From Candidatus Hermodarchaeum yapensis (GTDB lineage Archaea > Asgardarchaeota > Hermodarchaeia > Hermodarchaeales > Hermodarchaeaceae), in NCBI GenBank assembly GCA_016840405.1, contig JAEOSK010000011.1, forward strand, positions 2,634-66,633: 64,000 nucleotides of DNA, read 5' to 3'. The translations under genes and the position numbers were made by a program. Numbering within the stretch: the first letter of the stretch is position 1; each line of letters opens with the position of its first letter. Shown in pieces: positions 44,792 to 53,803 of this stretch. Under the pieces are notes generated by a model that worked only from the letters and a program-made list of their open reading frames with translations, was not told where the DNA came from and made no database searches.

Positions 44792-47467
44792 TTAGGATTT
44801 TCGTCGCCAAGCTGTCGGATATGTACCTGTAGACATAACTACTCTCGCCGTATCCGCAACTATTCCTGACTTAGCTTCTAGAACCTGTTTGGTTGCCATC
44901 AGCGCAGTCGCTAACGCGACCAATTCACCTTTTTGGGTCATGAGGGCGACGGAGTCACCCGGTTTGATATCTGCATGTAATTGTAACACTCCAATTACAG
45001 CAAGATTTGCGCCATGACAGATAGCATTAACAGCAGAATCACGTATGATGATCTGCGCAAGATGTTGAACTCCCTCTTCAAGAGGACGAATATAACGGCG
45101 AAGGAGACGGTCTTCCTTATCTTCCTGCCAAAAATGAAAAGCATCAACCAAATCATAGAGCGAGATAAAATTAGCATCTTCTTTAAAGGGTCCAGTGCGT
45201 GTGCGACGGAGTTCAGCCATATGCGCTCCACCGCCAAGAACCTCACCGATATCGTAACAATTACTTACAAAAGCAGCACCATTCAATGCAAAATTATGAA
45301 AGTGATCTACTGTGATATCATAGACATAACCAAAATCCGGAATTGTTTTCTTAATCGTTTTGATTTTTTCCAGAAAATAATTCGCCCCTATTTGTCTTTG
45401 TAATTCTATTAAGTCAGAATCGTCTTTAGGTATTAAAGCAAGTAAAGATTTTACCAATCTTGACAAAAGGCGTCTTGTTGGTCTTTGACCAGATAGGAGT
45501 CTATTAAATGCTCCTCCCCTGTATATTGAATTTAGTGATAACCCATATTTCTGAATTATATTTTTAATATGTGCTACACAGGAGAGAGGCATTAAGTCTT
45601 GAGATCCATATGAGGTGTATCGTGAAAACTGTGTATCAAATTGCTCAAGCTTTTTCATCTTTTGTGGATGTTTGCATTTCATTAATTGGGAAAAGCGAAT
45701 CTTATCAAAAGGCGATTTAAGTACTACATGATACTTCAGGACTGAATCACTCTTATCGAACGTTGGTGACAAGCTCTCATATATCTTTGAACGAATTCCA
45801 AGGCGTTTTAGTAGTAGAAATATTTGCACTGCAACATGTTTGTAAGCCGTTTCATATGCGATTTGTGTATAAGGTGAATTTGTTTTAATGCTAACTGTGC
45901 CATCGCCATCAAAATATCCCGATAAGAAACTGGAAATAAGATTTTTTGAAAGCGAAGAAAGATTTTCTAAATGCATGGTTTTCTTTGGGCTAGTAATTCC
46001 TAATTTTTTCGCTATCCCTGCAAGTACTGGGTTGTTGACCGTTACAATAACAGTCCTAGATATCTTAGTTTGAGTAATTTTGCTTGACGGGAATAACCGA
46101 TTCACAATTGAAATAAATGTTTCAATAAGTTCGATTTCTGTGTTTGTGAAAATAACTCTTGTAGGTCGAACGCATTTCTTTTCCTGCACTATACTGCCAT
46201 CAGACGCTACCAATCCTAGCAAATAGAGAAGTTCTGAATTAAGTTTTTTATCAGTGATTGCGTAATACGCACCTCTCTCTCCTTTGAAGGCTTCAGTCAA
46301 TTCGCATACTGAAAACCAATCTAACTCAGTTTCTTCACAAACCTGACGGAGATATTTAATTCGGATGCCCCTTTCTGGTTGGAGAAAGATTCGACGATCT
46401 ATTCCCAAAATTCGACAGGCTTTGGTTAGACTCCCATATGACCTTGAAAGGGATTTTTTACATTGTTTTTTCAGTTCGTTTCCAAAGCAAAGGAAATCAG
46501 AATCTAGTAACTCGATAAGATATGGAATTTTATCAGATTTTAGAATTAATTCGCGAGGACTAAAAACAAAGTTTCCTGGAACGACATCTTTTGCATCTAT
46601 CAATAATGGTCCATTGATATCGTCTATTAGTATTTCATGGTCAGGCGTAACGAAGAGGGTAATACCCGAATCGAGTTCGAGTTCAACCATCTCAGAAGGG
46701 GCAGGTAATCTTTGGATTCCGGTTATTGAAGAAGATACAACTTTGTGTTCGTTAAGACTCAAAGAGACCGTCTCTAAGGTTTTCAAATTAAATTGATTGG
46801 AATTGGTAACACCTAGGCTTGAGTCAATGATATCAGAGATTTGATGGAGTCCTCCATTTTGTAAAAAGAGGAATGAGGAAGGAGCAACACATAGTTTTCG
46901 AATATAGGTGCCCGCTTGACAGCCAACTTGAAAGAGCACGTCTTGCCCGTCGATTTCTAGTATATCTAAATAGTAAATCTGTCTTGTGCGGAGTCGTCGT
47001 TTGACGGAAGAGCGGAGGGGAGGACGTTGATAGATGGTTCCGACAAATTCTGCGGCAGCCTTTCGAATGTTATCTTTGGATTCTTGTTGATGGAGTCGCA
47101 GAATGCAAACATATTCTTTGCCAGCTTTTAGCAGAACATTGGCAATTTTCGTAGCGTTTCCTAACATGACAGGTAATACACCGGTTACCTTTGGATCCAA
47201 TGTTCCGGAATGCCCTGCGCGATTAAGGCTTAGGATTCGCTTAACCCAAGATACCACTTCATGGCTGGTGGGTCCTGGAGGTTTTTCTGGGCCTGTAAAG
47301 GGTTATTGACCCCTTCAGAACAAGCTATCCAGATTGATTATACCATTCTGAAATAATTCAGGAATGGTTCGCGTTCCAGGGACACGACCATAGGTGGGAT
47401 TTGTAGTATCTTCGGCGCGCGTTACCATTTTCCGCTGTTTGTCGGCAGGTAGCCGCGGTTTTGTCAC
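44792..47467 (-). CDS. cbf5: tRNA/rRNA pseudouridine synthase Cbf5 (TruB family, PUA domain), interrupted by a 42-nt intron-like insert and an intein
   Basis: Exon 1 (47467..47327, GTG start 9 nt after GGAGG) encodes 'TKPRLPADKQRKMVTRAEDTTNPTYGRVPGTRTIPELFQNGIINLD'. Exon 2 begins 'KPPGPTSHEVVSWVKRILSLNRAGHSGTLDP...GTYIRKL', then the intein, then 'CYDIGEVLGGGAHMAELRRTRTGPF' and the PUA region. The conceptual mature protein is 333 aa. Confidence 0.85.
45260..46891 (-). mobile_element. Intein (544 aa) with LAGLIDADG homing endonuclease domain inside cbf5
   Basis: It starts 'CVAPSSFLFL' (Cys1, TGT 46891-46889), has block B 'TPDH', two LAGLIDADG motifs 'LLYLLGLVASDGS' and 'FLSGYFDGDGT', and ends 'VYDITVDHFHNFALNGAAFVSN' followed by +1 Cys (45259-45257). 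The flanks rejoin to 'GTYIRKL-CYDIGEVLG', the conserved Cbf5 core. Confidence 0.85.
47285..47326 (-). other. Candidate bulge-helix-bulge-type pre-mRNA intron in cbf5 (42 nt)
   Basis: The in-frame insert AGCTTGTTCTGAAGGGGTCAATAACCCTTTACAGGCCCAGAA (minus strand) carries TGA and TAA between '...GIINLD' and 'KPPGPTSHEV...'. Exon CUGG pairs with intron-3' CCAG. A 3-nt bulge AUA lies at the 5' site. Inner helices are GCUUGU/ACAGGC and GAAGGG/CCCUUU. The 3' site lies in the A-run after CCAG. Confidence 0.65.
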
Positions 47468-47505
47468 GTCCGATGACCTCCTCTGCCCCTAAGGGCGAGT
47501 CGGTA

Positions 47506-47781
47506 TTACTTCTTTTCTTTCCCTTTCATAAAGGGTGTCAGTTTTGCGCTGGTGATTGCCTTCGCGATGTCTTTGTCTTCCGCTCCAGCTTTGATATCGA
47601 CCTTCTTCGTTGTTATTTCGAGATGATCCACATTGGATCGTCGTCGACGAATTCCTGTTACTTCTGGAGGTCCCGAAATTAGAACGAAATTTTTGTCGAT
47701 ACGTTCCACAATAACACATTTCTTTCCTGTTTCTCGACCGTGTGTTTTTACACACACTCTTCCAACTTCAAATAAACTCAT
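47506..47781 (-). CDS. rpl14e: Ribosomal protein L14e
   Basis: KOW-type 'EVGRVCVKTHGRETGKKCVIVERIDKNFVLISGP'. The position between cmk and cbf5 is conserved. Confidence 0.85.
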   Translation of the reverse strand: MSLFEVGRVCVKTHGRETGKKCVIVERIDKNFVLISGPPEVTGIRRRRSNVDHLEITTKKVDIKAGAEDKDIAKAITSAKLTPFMKGKEKK

Positions 47782-47834
47782 AGGGATTGCACCTCCACCG
47801 GTGGACTGTCAGCTGTTGAGTTGCCACGACAGCT

Positions 47835-48389
47835 TCATTCGATTGTCGTTCCGGAGGATGCGAGGTACGCCTTGACCGCTGCTATACATATATTTATCGT
47901 CTCAACTGCGTTCCAACGTTCCGTGTTAATAATTAGGTCAAATAGCCGGGTATCGGATACCTCGATGCCGTAGAATTCTTGAAATCGACGTTGTTCGCTC
48001 TCTTCACGGTCTCGCGTTTCAGTTAGAGTTTCTTCATAATCGCGCTTTTCTCGATTAGCAATCCGAAGTGCCCTCACTTCTAGCGGAGCCCGGAGATAGA
48101 TTGTAAGGTCTGCGAAGCGCCTAGCTACCCACCCAGCGATGTATGCATCAATAACGACATTTCCTTTCTCGGCTTCGCGTTGAGTCCGTTTGTCAATTTC
48201 TTGATCAATTGTTGGATCTTTTTCTGCAAGTTGACTTAAATCTACCAAGGTTATACCCTTTTCCTTGGCTAGCTGACGGAAAATCATACCAGCAGAAATA
48301 TAACGGAGGTTGAAGGCGTCAACTAATCCCTGAGCAACCGTTGTAGTGCCAGCACCATGCAACCCACTAACCGCAATTGTGATGGGCAT
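47835..48389 (-). CDS. cmk: Cytidylate kinase (archaeal type)
   Basis: P-loop 'ITIAVSGLHGAGTTTVAQGL' and 'ISAGMIFRQLAKEKG'. Confidence 0.85.
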   Translation of the reverse strand: MPITIAVSGLHGAGTTTVAQGLVDAFNLRYISAGMIFRQLAKEKGITLVDLSQLAEKDPTIDQEIDKRTQREAEKGNVVIDAYIAGWVARRFADLTIYLRAPLEVRALRIANREKRDYEETLTETRDREESEQRRFQEFYGIEVSDTRLFDLIINTERWNAVETINICIAAVKAYLASSGTTIE

Positions 48390-48406
48390 GCCAACACCTT
48401 CAATTA

Positions 48407-49072
48407 TTACATTCCTGACCCCATTCCAGGCGTCATACTAGTTCCAAGGATTTTCTGGATGACCATATTCATTGTGAAACTGCAAATAATATACCAGTAG
48501 ACGTAAGTCAGCCCCATTCCACCATCTGGAATGTACATGCCCGCTGTACCCGATGGCCATTGAAAGAGTTGCCAACCAAATCCGTTGCCAAACGGTCCAA
48601 GAACCGAAGCAAAATTCAGAGGAGAGTAGAGCACGGGACCATAAACCGGAAAAGACCACGCATCAGGTCCAGGGGGAACAATGAAGATTCCATTCATGAT
48701 TGTAAAGGTGAGCATGAATGGTATAATGGTGAATAACATAGGCATACAGGATTGTTTACTGACATCAGTTTGGAGTTTCATAATGTAGCGTTCCCGACGC
48801 TTAATCTTCAATTCAAGTTTCCGTTTTGTTTTAGGATCAGTTACTTCTTTAGCCTGCTTTTTCATTGCATTCCATTCATTGATTGCTTCGCGAGAACGTT
48901 TCAGACGGTCAAAGTCAACAAAATGGCGATTTACCAAGTTCGATGTCAGGGAGATGATTACACTAATCAACATGACGACAAGCGCTGAAAACGGCGGATA
49001 AGCCCACGCGCCCAAGGCATTTCGTAATATTATTGCCAAATCAATGAGAGGATTCCATTGCACAATCATCAC
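48407..49072 (-). CDS. DUF106 membrane protein (YidC/Oxa1/EMC3-like insertase family)
   Basis: Three TM segments with the cytosolic coiled coil 'EWNAMKKQAKEVTDPKTKRKLELKIKRRERYIMKLQ'. The position between adk and cmk is conserved. Confidence 0.75.
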   Translation of the reverse strand: MMIVQWNPLIDLAIILRNALGAWAYPPFSALVVMLISVIISLTSNLVNRHFVDFDRLKRSREAINEWNAMKKQAKEVTDPKTKRKLELKIKRRERYIMKLQTDVSKQSCMPMLFTIIPFMLTFTIMNGIFIVPPGPDAWSFPVYGPVLYSPLNFASVLGPFGNGFGWQLFQWPSGTAGMYIPDGGMGLTYVYWYIICSFTMNMVIQKILGTSMTPGMGSGM

Positions 49073-49656
49073 ACCTTCAAGAGTAAATCGGCAAACGCGG
49101 TTGCTGCTTCCTCAGCTTTACCCTCTATGTTCTTAAGAATCATGACGGTAGCCCCCGTCAATGTACCCACAGCCACCGCAGCGGACCGACAGAGCAACTG
49201 ATGGGTCTCAATATTATCAATTAGCTGCTCATCTCGTGTCCGTGTGGCATCTTTAGCCCGACGTTTCGCGATATTTACTGGATCAGCTTCCACTAAGACT
49301 ATCGAAGCTGGACGAATCGCTTCAGCGACCCATTTGGGTAAGCCGATGAGAAAGCCACCATCCGCTGTCTGAATTAGTGTATGTGTATCCACAACCACGA
49401 CTTGTGAACGGCTCATCGCAGCAATTCGTTCTCCTGCAAGTTTCTGCACTTCACGTTGTTTCTTGACAGGAAGCTTCCGAAGATCATCCCGATTTTCAAC
49501 AAGACGTCGCTTTTGGGCAATTTCAAACATCACAGACCCATATGTGATGAGCGACACGTTCACTCGATTCTCAACTTTGCGAATCCCATCAGTAACGACC
49601 GTTGTTTTCCCCACACCGGGGACACCACTGACGACCACGACTTTGCGGACTTGCAT
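49069..49656 (-). CDS. adkA: Adenylate kinase (archaeal AdkA type)
   Basis: 'VVVVSGVPGVGKTTV' and 'VVVDTHTLIQTADGGFLIGLP'. Confidence 0.85.
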   Translation of the reverse strand: MQVRKVVVVSGVPGVGKTTVVTDGIRKVENRVNVSLITYGSVMFEIAQKRRLVENRDDLRKLPVKKQREVQKLAGERIAAMSRSQVVVVDTHTLIQTADGGFLIGLPKWVAEAIRPASIVLVEADPVNIAKRRAKDATRTRDEQLIDNIETHQLLCRSAAVAVGTLTGATVMILKNIEGKAEEAATAFADLLLKV

Positions 49657-49750
49657 TTATTTGCCTCCACCAAAACGCTGGCTCCATCTAGGTCTCAACC
49701 TTAAGAGCTTTTCGCGCTTAGTTAATGTCCACACCTTGATAACCACTAGG

Positions 49751-51322
49751 CTACTCTATTCCAAGTATACCACGCATCATAGGATGCATCTCGCCTAGTT
49801 GTTCCTTAGCGAGGATTTCGAAATATTGCCGCATGATGCCTACAGCAAGTAATATTCCGATACCACTGCTTAAAGTTCCCATTAGGTCTGCGCCAGCTGC
49901 AAGTGCGCCGATGAGAAGACCACCAAGGATAGCTACAACAGGGATGTATCGGTTAAGGATTTTCTCGATGACCGCAGGTGATCGGCGGAATCCCGGGACT
50001 TGCATGCCCGCTCCGATTAGTTGTCGTGATACATCGCGTGGTGAGATACCTGAAACGTCAATCCACAGCCTGGCGAATCCAGCACAGAAGAGCATCAGGA
50101 ACAGGGCATAGCCTATGGCTTGGAGCCATCCGAGTTCCCCAAACAGCGCAGGGATTCCCACGGGTGGTGTTAGAAACCAGACAAAACAGATGGGATTGGG
50201 CGCGAGATAATTAGTGCCTGTGGGCTGGTTGTAACTGGAAATTAATTGGAACCAGAATGCCAGGGGGTGGGCTCCCGGAGACCCAGGAGCGAGGTAAAGG
50301 CCGAAGGCGGGGTTAGTCCAAAGGATTTGGGTGATGAAAAGGATGTTGGCATAAAGGGCTTGGGTGAAGATGACGGGGATGTTGGAAACGTAGAGGAGTT
50401 TGATGGGGTATTGCCCTCGGAATCCGCGGTACCGAGCGTATTGGAGGGGGATGTTCACGCGGTAGGATTCCATGAAAATGACGAGAACAAAGACGACGAA
50501 AGTGGTGATGACTCCAAATAGGCTAGCCCGTGGATTCTGAGGTCTGAACCATATGGTGAAGAGGTTTGCTACATAGCCCGTTTCATTCGTTACTGGCTGG
50601 TAGATTGCGAGGGGGTCCCAACCAGCAGATGCCCAGGCCCCCATGTTTTGGAGTAGATAGGGGAAGATACCACCGTACGTGAGCTGTGTTGGGACTGTTA
50701 CGATATCCTGACCCTGTGGTGGGAGGATGGAGAACATGCCCCAAAGGATTTGTGTGCAAACGTTGGCCATGATGAAGAGACTAACACCGCTACCAAGTCC
50801 CCAACCCTTCTGCACGGTCTCATCCATGAGGATGACGACGATACCAGCGAACATGAGCTGGATAAATACGAGAACAGCACTCGTGAGAAAGAGCTCAGTT
50901 CCCAATTGCCCGTAAGCCCCTGCCCAGATATAAGCAAAGGCTTGGAATGCTGTCATGAAGATGGCAAGGACTTTTTGAGCTCCGGTGTAGAGTGACCGCT
51001 GGTAGGGATCAGACATATCCACACGGATGAGTTGTGAGCCAACGAGGAGCTGCATGATAAGCCCTGCAGTTACAATGGGTCCAATGCCAAGCTCCATGAG
51101 TGTACCACGTGTGGAAGCAAGAATAGTACGAAGCCAGTAGAAATAATCAAAGCCTAATTCCTGGCTAATACCGTACAGGGGCAGATTCGCCATGATGAGG
51201 TAGATTACTAAGATAATGGCAGTCCAGGCGAATTTTTCTCGGAATGAAACCTTGCGGTCAGGTCCCTTAACCTCTGGCATGATACGAATCAGTGGACGTA
51301 ACGCGTTGAGAAAACGACTCAT
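49751..51322 (-). CDS. secY: Preprotein translocase subunit SecY
   Basis: 'IMPEVKGPDRKVSFREKFAWTAIILVIYLIMANLPLYGI', 'GTLMELGIGPIVTAGLIMQLL' and ten TM segments. At 523 aa it is longer than usual. Confidence 0.95.
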   Translation of the reverse strand: MSRFLNALRPLIRIMPEVKGPDRKVSFREKFAWTAIILVIYLIMANLPLYGISQELGFDYFYWLRTILASTRGTLMELGIGPIVTAGLIMQLLVGSQLIRVDMSDPYQRSLYTGAQKVLAIFMTAFQAFAYIWAGAYGQLGTELFLTSAVLVFIQLMFAGIVVILMDETVQKGWGLGSGVSLFIMANVCTQILWGMFSILPPQGQDIVTVPTQLTYGGIFPYLLQNMGAWASAGWDPLAIYQPVTNETGYVANLFTIWFRPQNPRASLFGVITTFVVFVLVIFMESYRVNIPLQYARYRGFRGQYPIKLLYVSNIPVIFTQALYANILFITQILWTNPAFGLYLAPGSPGAHPLAFWFQLISSYNQPTGTNYLAPNPICFVWFLTPPVGIPALFGELGWLQAIGYALFLMLFCAGFARLWIDVSGISPRDVSRQLIGAGMQVPGFRRSPAVIEKILNRYIPVVAILGGLLIGALAAGADLMGTLSSGIGILLAVGIMRQYFEILAKEQLGEMHPMMRGILGIE

Positions 51323-51414
51323 GCCATCAGCCCCATATCATTCCAAGTTTTTTTGTTTCATTTTTGTGAAAATTGATGAGAGCGGAGGGTGTGAAGGTTT
51401 AATTGTGTTGTGGT

Positions 51415-52059
51415 TCAGGTCTTCGATTTACTTTTTGTAGCTGTCGCTCGTTTCGATTTTGCCTTCGTGGTTGAGGATTTTGCTTTGGTCGTGGATTTGG
51501 GTTTTGGTTTTGCTGCAGTCTTTGGTTTCGGTTTCGGTTTTGCAGCAGCTTTTGGTGTAGGCTTAGGTTTCGGTTTAGGTTCAGCCTTCAGTGAGGGCGC
51601 CTTGTGCGTAGTAGGTTCCTGGATTGTGCCATTTACTTTCCCCCCTGCTGCTTTGATTTTCTCAGCAGCGCGATGAGTGAAAAGTGGCGCCGTAATTGCA
51701 AGAGGAATTGAGATTTTACCAGCACCAAGCACTTTATCGAAGCCATGTTCTTCTAGATTGATAGCGATTGGAGCATCTTTTGTGGCAGGTTTACCAGATG
51801 TAAACCGTGGGAGTTGTCGCACGACGTCTCCAACATTAATGGTGTTATGAGATTGGCGGAGTTTTCCATATCGATGAAAGCCGTGTTTTCCGAAACGATC
51901 AGGGGTTTTAGCGGTGACATAAGTCCAATGATGTTTCTTTCCACCAGTTTTTCCTTTACCGCCTCGTTGACCGCCTTTTCGATGTTGTCCAATACGTCCA
52001 TAACCATGAGTGCGACTACCTCGATGTTGGCGAACACGTTTGGATTTACGTACAGTCAT
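51415..52059 (-). CDS. rpl15: Ribosomal protein L15 (uL15) with K/P/A-rich tail of about 65 aa
   Basis: 'RKSKRVRQHRGSRTHGYGRIGQHRKGGQRGGKG'. The tail reads 'KAEPKPKPKPTPKAAAKPKPKPKTAAKPKPKSTTKAKSSTTKAKSKR...'. Confidence 0.9.
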   Translation of the reverse strand: MTVRKSKRVRQHRGSRTHGYGRIGQHRKGGQRGGKGKTGGKKHHWTYVTAKTPDRFGKHGFHRYGKLRQSHNTINVGDVVRQLPRFTSGKPATKDAPIAINLEEHGFDKVLGAGKISIPLAITAPLFTHRAAEKIKAAGGKVNGTIQEPTTHKAPSLKAEPKPKPKPTPKAAAKPKPKPKTAAKPKPKSTTKAKSSTTKAKSKRATATKSKSKT

Positions 52060-52079
52060 AATGATTCTCTCCGTCTCGT

Positions 52080-52637
52080 TTACCTCTTTTGAATTTGAAT
52101 CTCTAAGATTCCATTGTTGAAATTAACTTGTGCCGAGTTGGGATCAACCGGTGCTGGAAGGTCAAGATTTTTGGCATATTTTCGGTCTTCGGTATCAACG
52201 TGGATTGCCACACTATAATCTGAAACCTTGACGCGAAGATCATCTCGGGTTATACCTGGAAGTTCTGCCACGATAATGATATCTTCATCTTGTTCCATTA
52301 CGTCGATTAGGGGTTCTCGTTCTTTCCGCACCATGGGTGGTCCTCCCTCTGGATTGAGATTACCAAATGGGTTTAGCCGCATCTTACCGTCGGGTCCAAC
52401 AGCCGCTGAGAATCCCCAGACCATTGGATTCTTCTGTAGATGTTTCAGAAGTTCTTCGAATTGGTCTTGGGCTTCAGTACCAAACAAATCCTCAGGATTA
52501 GTATCAGCGAACATTTTCATCATTTCTTCAAACATGCGTTGAATAGCCTCAAACTGCATATCGAAGGAGTCGTCATCCCACCAGCGTTTCCGTTTTTTGC
52601 GATCGTCTTCTTCAGTTGGCAATTTCATTCCTTCCAT
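52080..52637 (-). CDS. Hsp20/alpha-crystallin family small heat-shock protein
   Basis: Alpha-crystallin domain 'IDVMEQDEDIIIVAELPGITRDDLRVKVSDYSVAIHV...LDLPAPVDPNSAQVNFNNGILEIQIQK'. It is on the same strand as L30 and L15, with gaps of 16 nt and 20 nt. Confidence 0.8.
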   Translation of the reverse strand: MEGMKLPTEEDDRKKRKRWWDDDSFDMQFEAIQRMFEEMMKMFADTNPEDLFGTEAQDQFEELLKHLQKNPMVWGFSAAVGPDGKMRLNPFGNLNPEGGPPMVRKEREPLIDVMEQDEDIIIVAELPGITRDDLRVKVSDYSVAIHVDTEDRKYAKNLDLPAPVDPNSAQVNFNNGILEIQIQKR

Positions 52638-52653
52638 TTCGGTTAATTGTAGT

Positions 52654-53148
52654 TTATGACATCCGTTTCAGGAGCCCGTTGATTTCAGCTCCACGATATC
52701 CCAACTCTCCTTTCTGTTGAACGGTGCGTTTTATGCTCCTTTTAAATCCCTTCGATGGAGGGTGCAAACGAAATACTTTCTTCAGTCTAGGGAGGGTCGT
52801 GAGTTCTTCTTGCAATGCTATGAGTGCCTCGGCGTATTTGTCAATCGTTTTGTATTTGGTGTATTTTGACACGTAATGATCGGTAAGCGGTTTATCTCCT
52901 GCAAGTCGACCACGTCTCTTCAGGAGGCGGGTTAGCGTGGGGGCATCAATTTCTCCCCACGTTAACGCATCCTTTGCTTTTTGCAACATTCCAACATAGG
53001 TACTGCGTTTATCGATGACCACAGCATGGTTCACACGGCTGAGGTTTAACTGTAACAAGGTTTCCTTAGCTTCTTGACGTAGACCGATACTACTACGTAT
53101 CCGGACCACAGCAACAAGTGCATTGTCTTCTTTCGATTCTTTTGACAT
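52654..53148 (-). CDS. rpl30: Ribosomal protein L30 (uL30)
   Basis: 'LVAVVRIRSSIGLRQEAKETLLQLNLSRVNHAVVI'. Confidence 0.9.
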   Translation of the reverse strand: MSKESKEDNALVAVVRIRSSIGLRQEAKETLLQLNLSRVNHAVVIDKRSTYVGMLQKAKDALTWGEIDAPTLTRLLKRRGRLAGDKPLTDHYVSKYTKYKTIDKYAEALIALQEELTTLPRLKKVFRLHPPSKGFKRSIKRTVQQKGELGYRGAEINGLLKRMS

Positions 53149-53149
53149 C

Positions 53150-53803
53150 TTATTCTTCTCTCCGTGTCCAATCTCTAGGAGTCATGATTCTGTTGGTTTC
53201 TTTCAACGCACCAAAGACTGATCGAGCGAAGTTCAACGTCGTTCGTGTATGACCACGAGTACGTGACCAAACGTCGTGGATTCCAGCCAACCGTAGAACC
53301 ACTTTAATGGTGTCAGCGGTAACCAATCCAACGCCTTTAGGCGCTGGTAAGAGGGTAATTCGAACACTACCTGTCTTGCCCTTTACTTGAAAGGGAACCG
53401 AATGGGGATCTTGACACCCGCATTCCCAACTTCCACAACCTCGGCGAACTGAGACTATATTGAGTTTCGCGCGAAGAATTGCTTTACGGATGGCAGGTCC
53501 GATTTCCGGTGCTTTGCTTTCCCCAATCCCAACAAAACCGTTTTCATTACCGACAATTACAGTTGCTTTGAAACGGGATTTTTCGCCTGCGTCAGTTTGT
53601 TTTTGTACCAGGTTAATATCGATGACTTCTTCTTGGAGACCCGGAAGGAGCACATCAATAATTTCAGGTTCCTTTATTGGTACGGCTAGTTGAAAGAGAT
53701 CCTCAATGGAGGTAATCTCTCCCGCCTTGACCTGATGTCCAACTTTGGTGACAGGCTCCCATTCTTCAACGACAAATTGGCGGGGACGTTGACGTCGACT
53801 CAC
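53150..53803 (-). CDS. rps5: Ribosomal protein S5 (uS5)
   Basis: '[32 protein letters not shown]' and '[17 protein letters not shown]'. Confidence 0.9.
   Translation of the reverse strand: MSRRQRPRQFVVEEWEPVTKVGHQVKAGEITSIEDLFQLAVPIKEPEIIDVLLPGLQEEVIDINLVQKQTDAGEKSRFKATVIVGNENGFVGIGESKAPEIGPAIRKAILRAKLNIVSVRRGCGSWECGCQDPHSVPFQVKGKTGSVRITLLPAPKGVGLVTADTIKVVLRLAGIHDVWSRTRGHTRTTLNFARSVFGALKETNRIMTPRDWTRREE

Noticed and set aside
44598-44810. 70-aa minus-strand ORF
   Set aside because: It lies entirely antisense to the tRNA-Ser gene.
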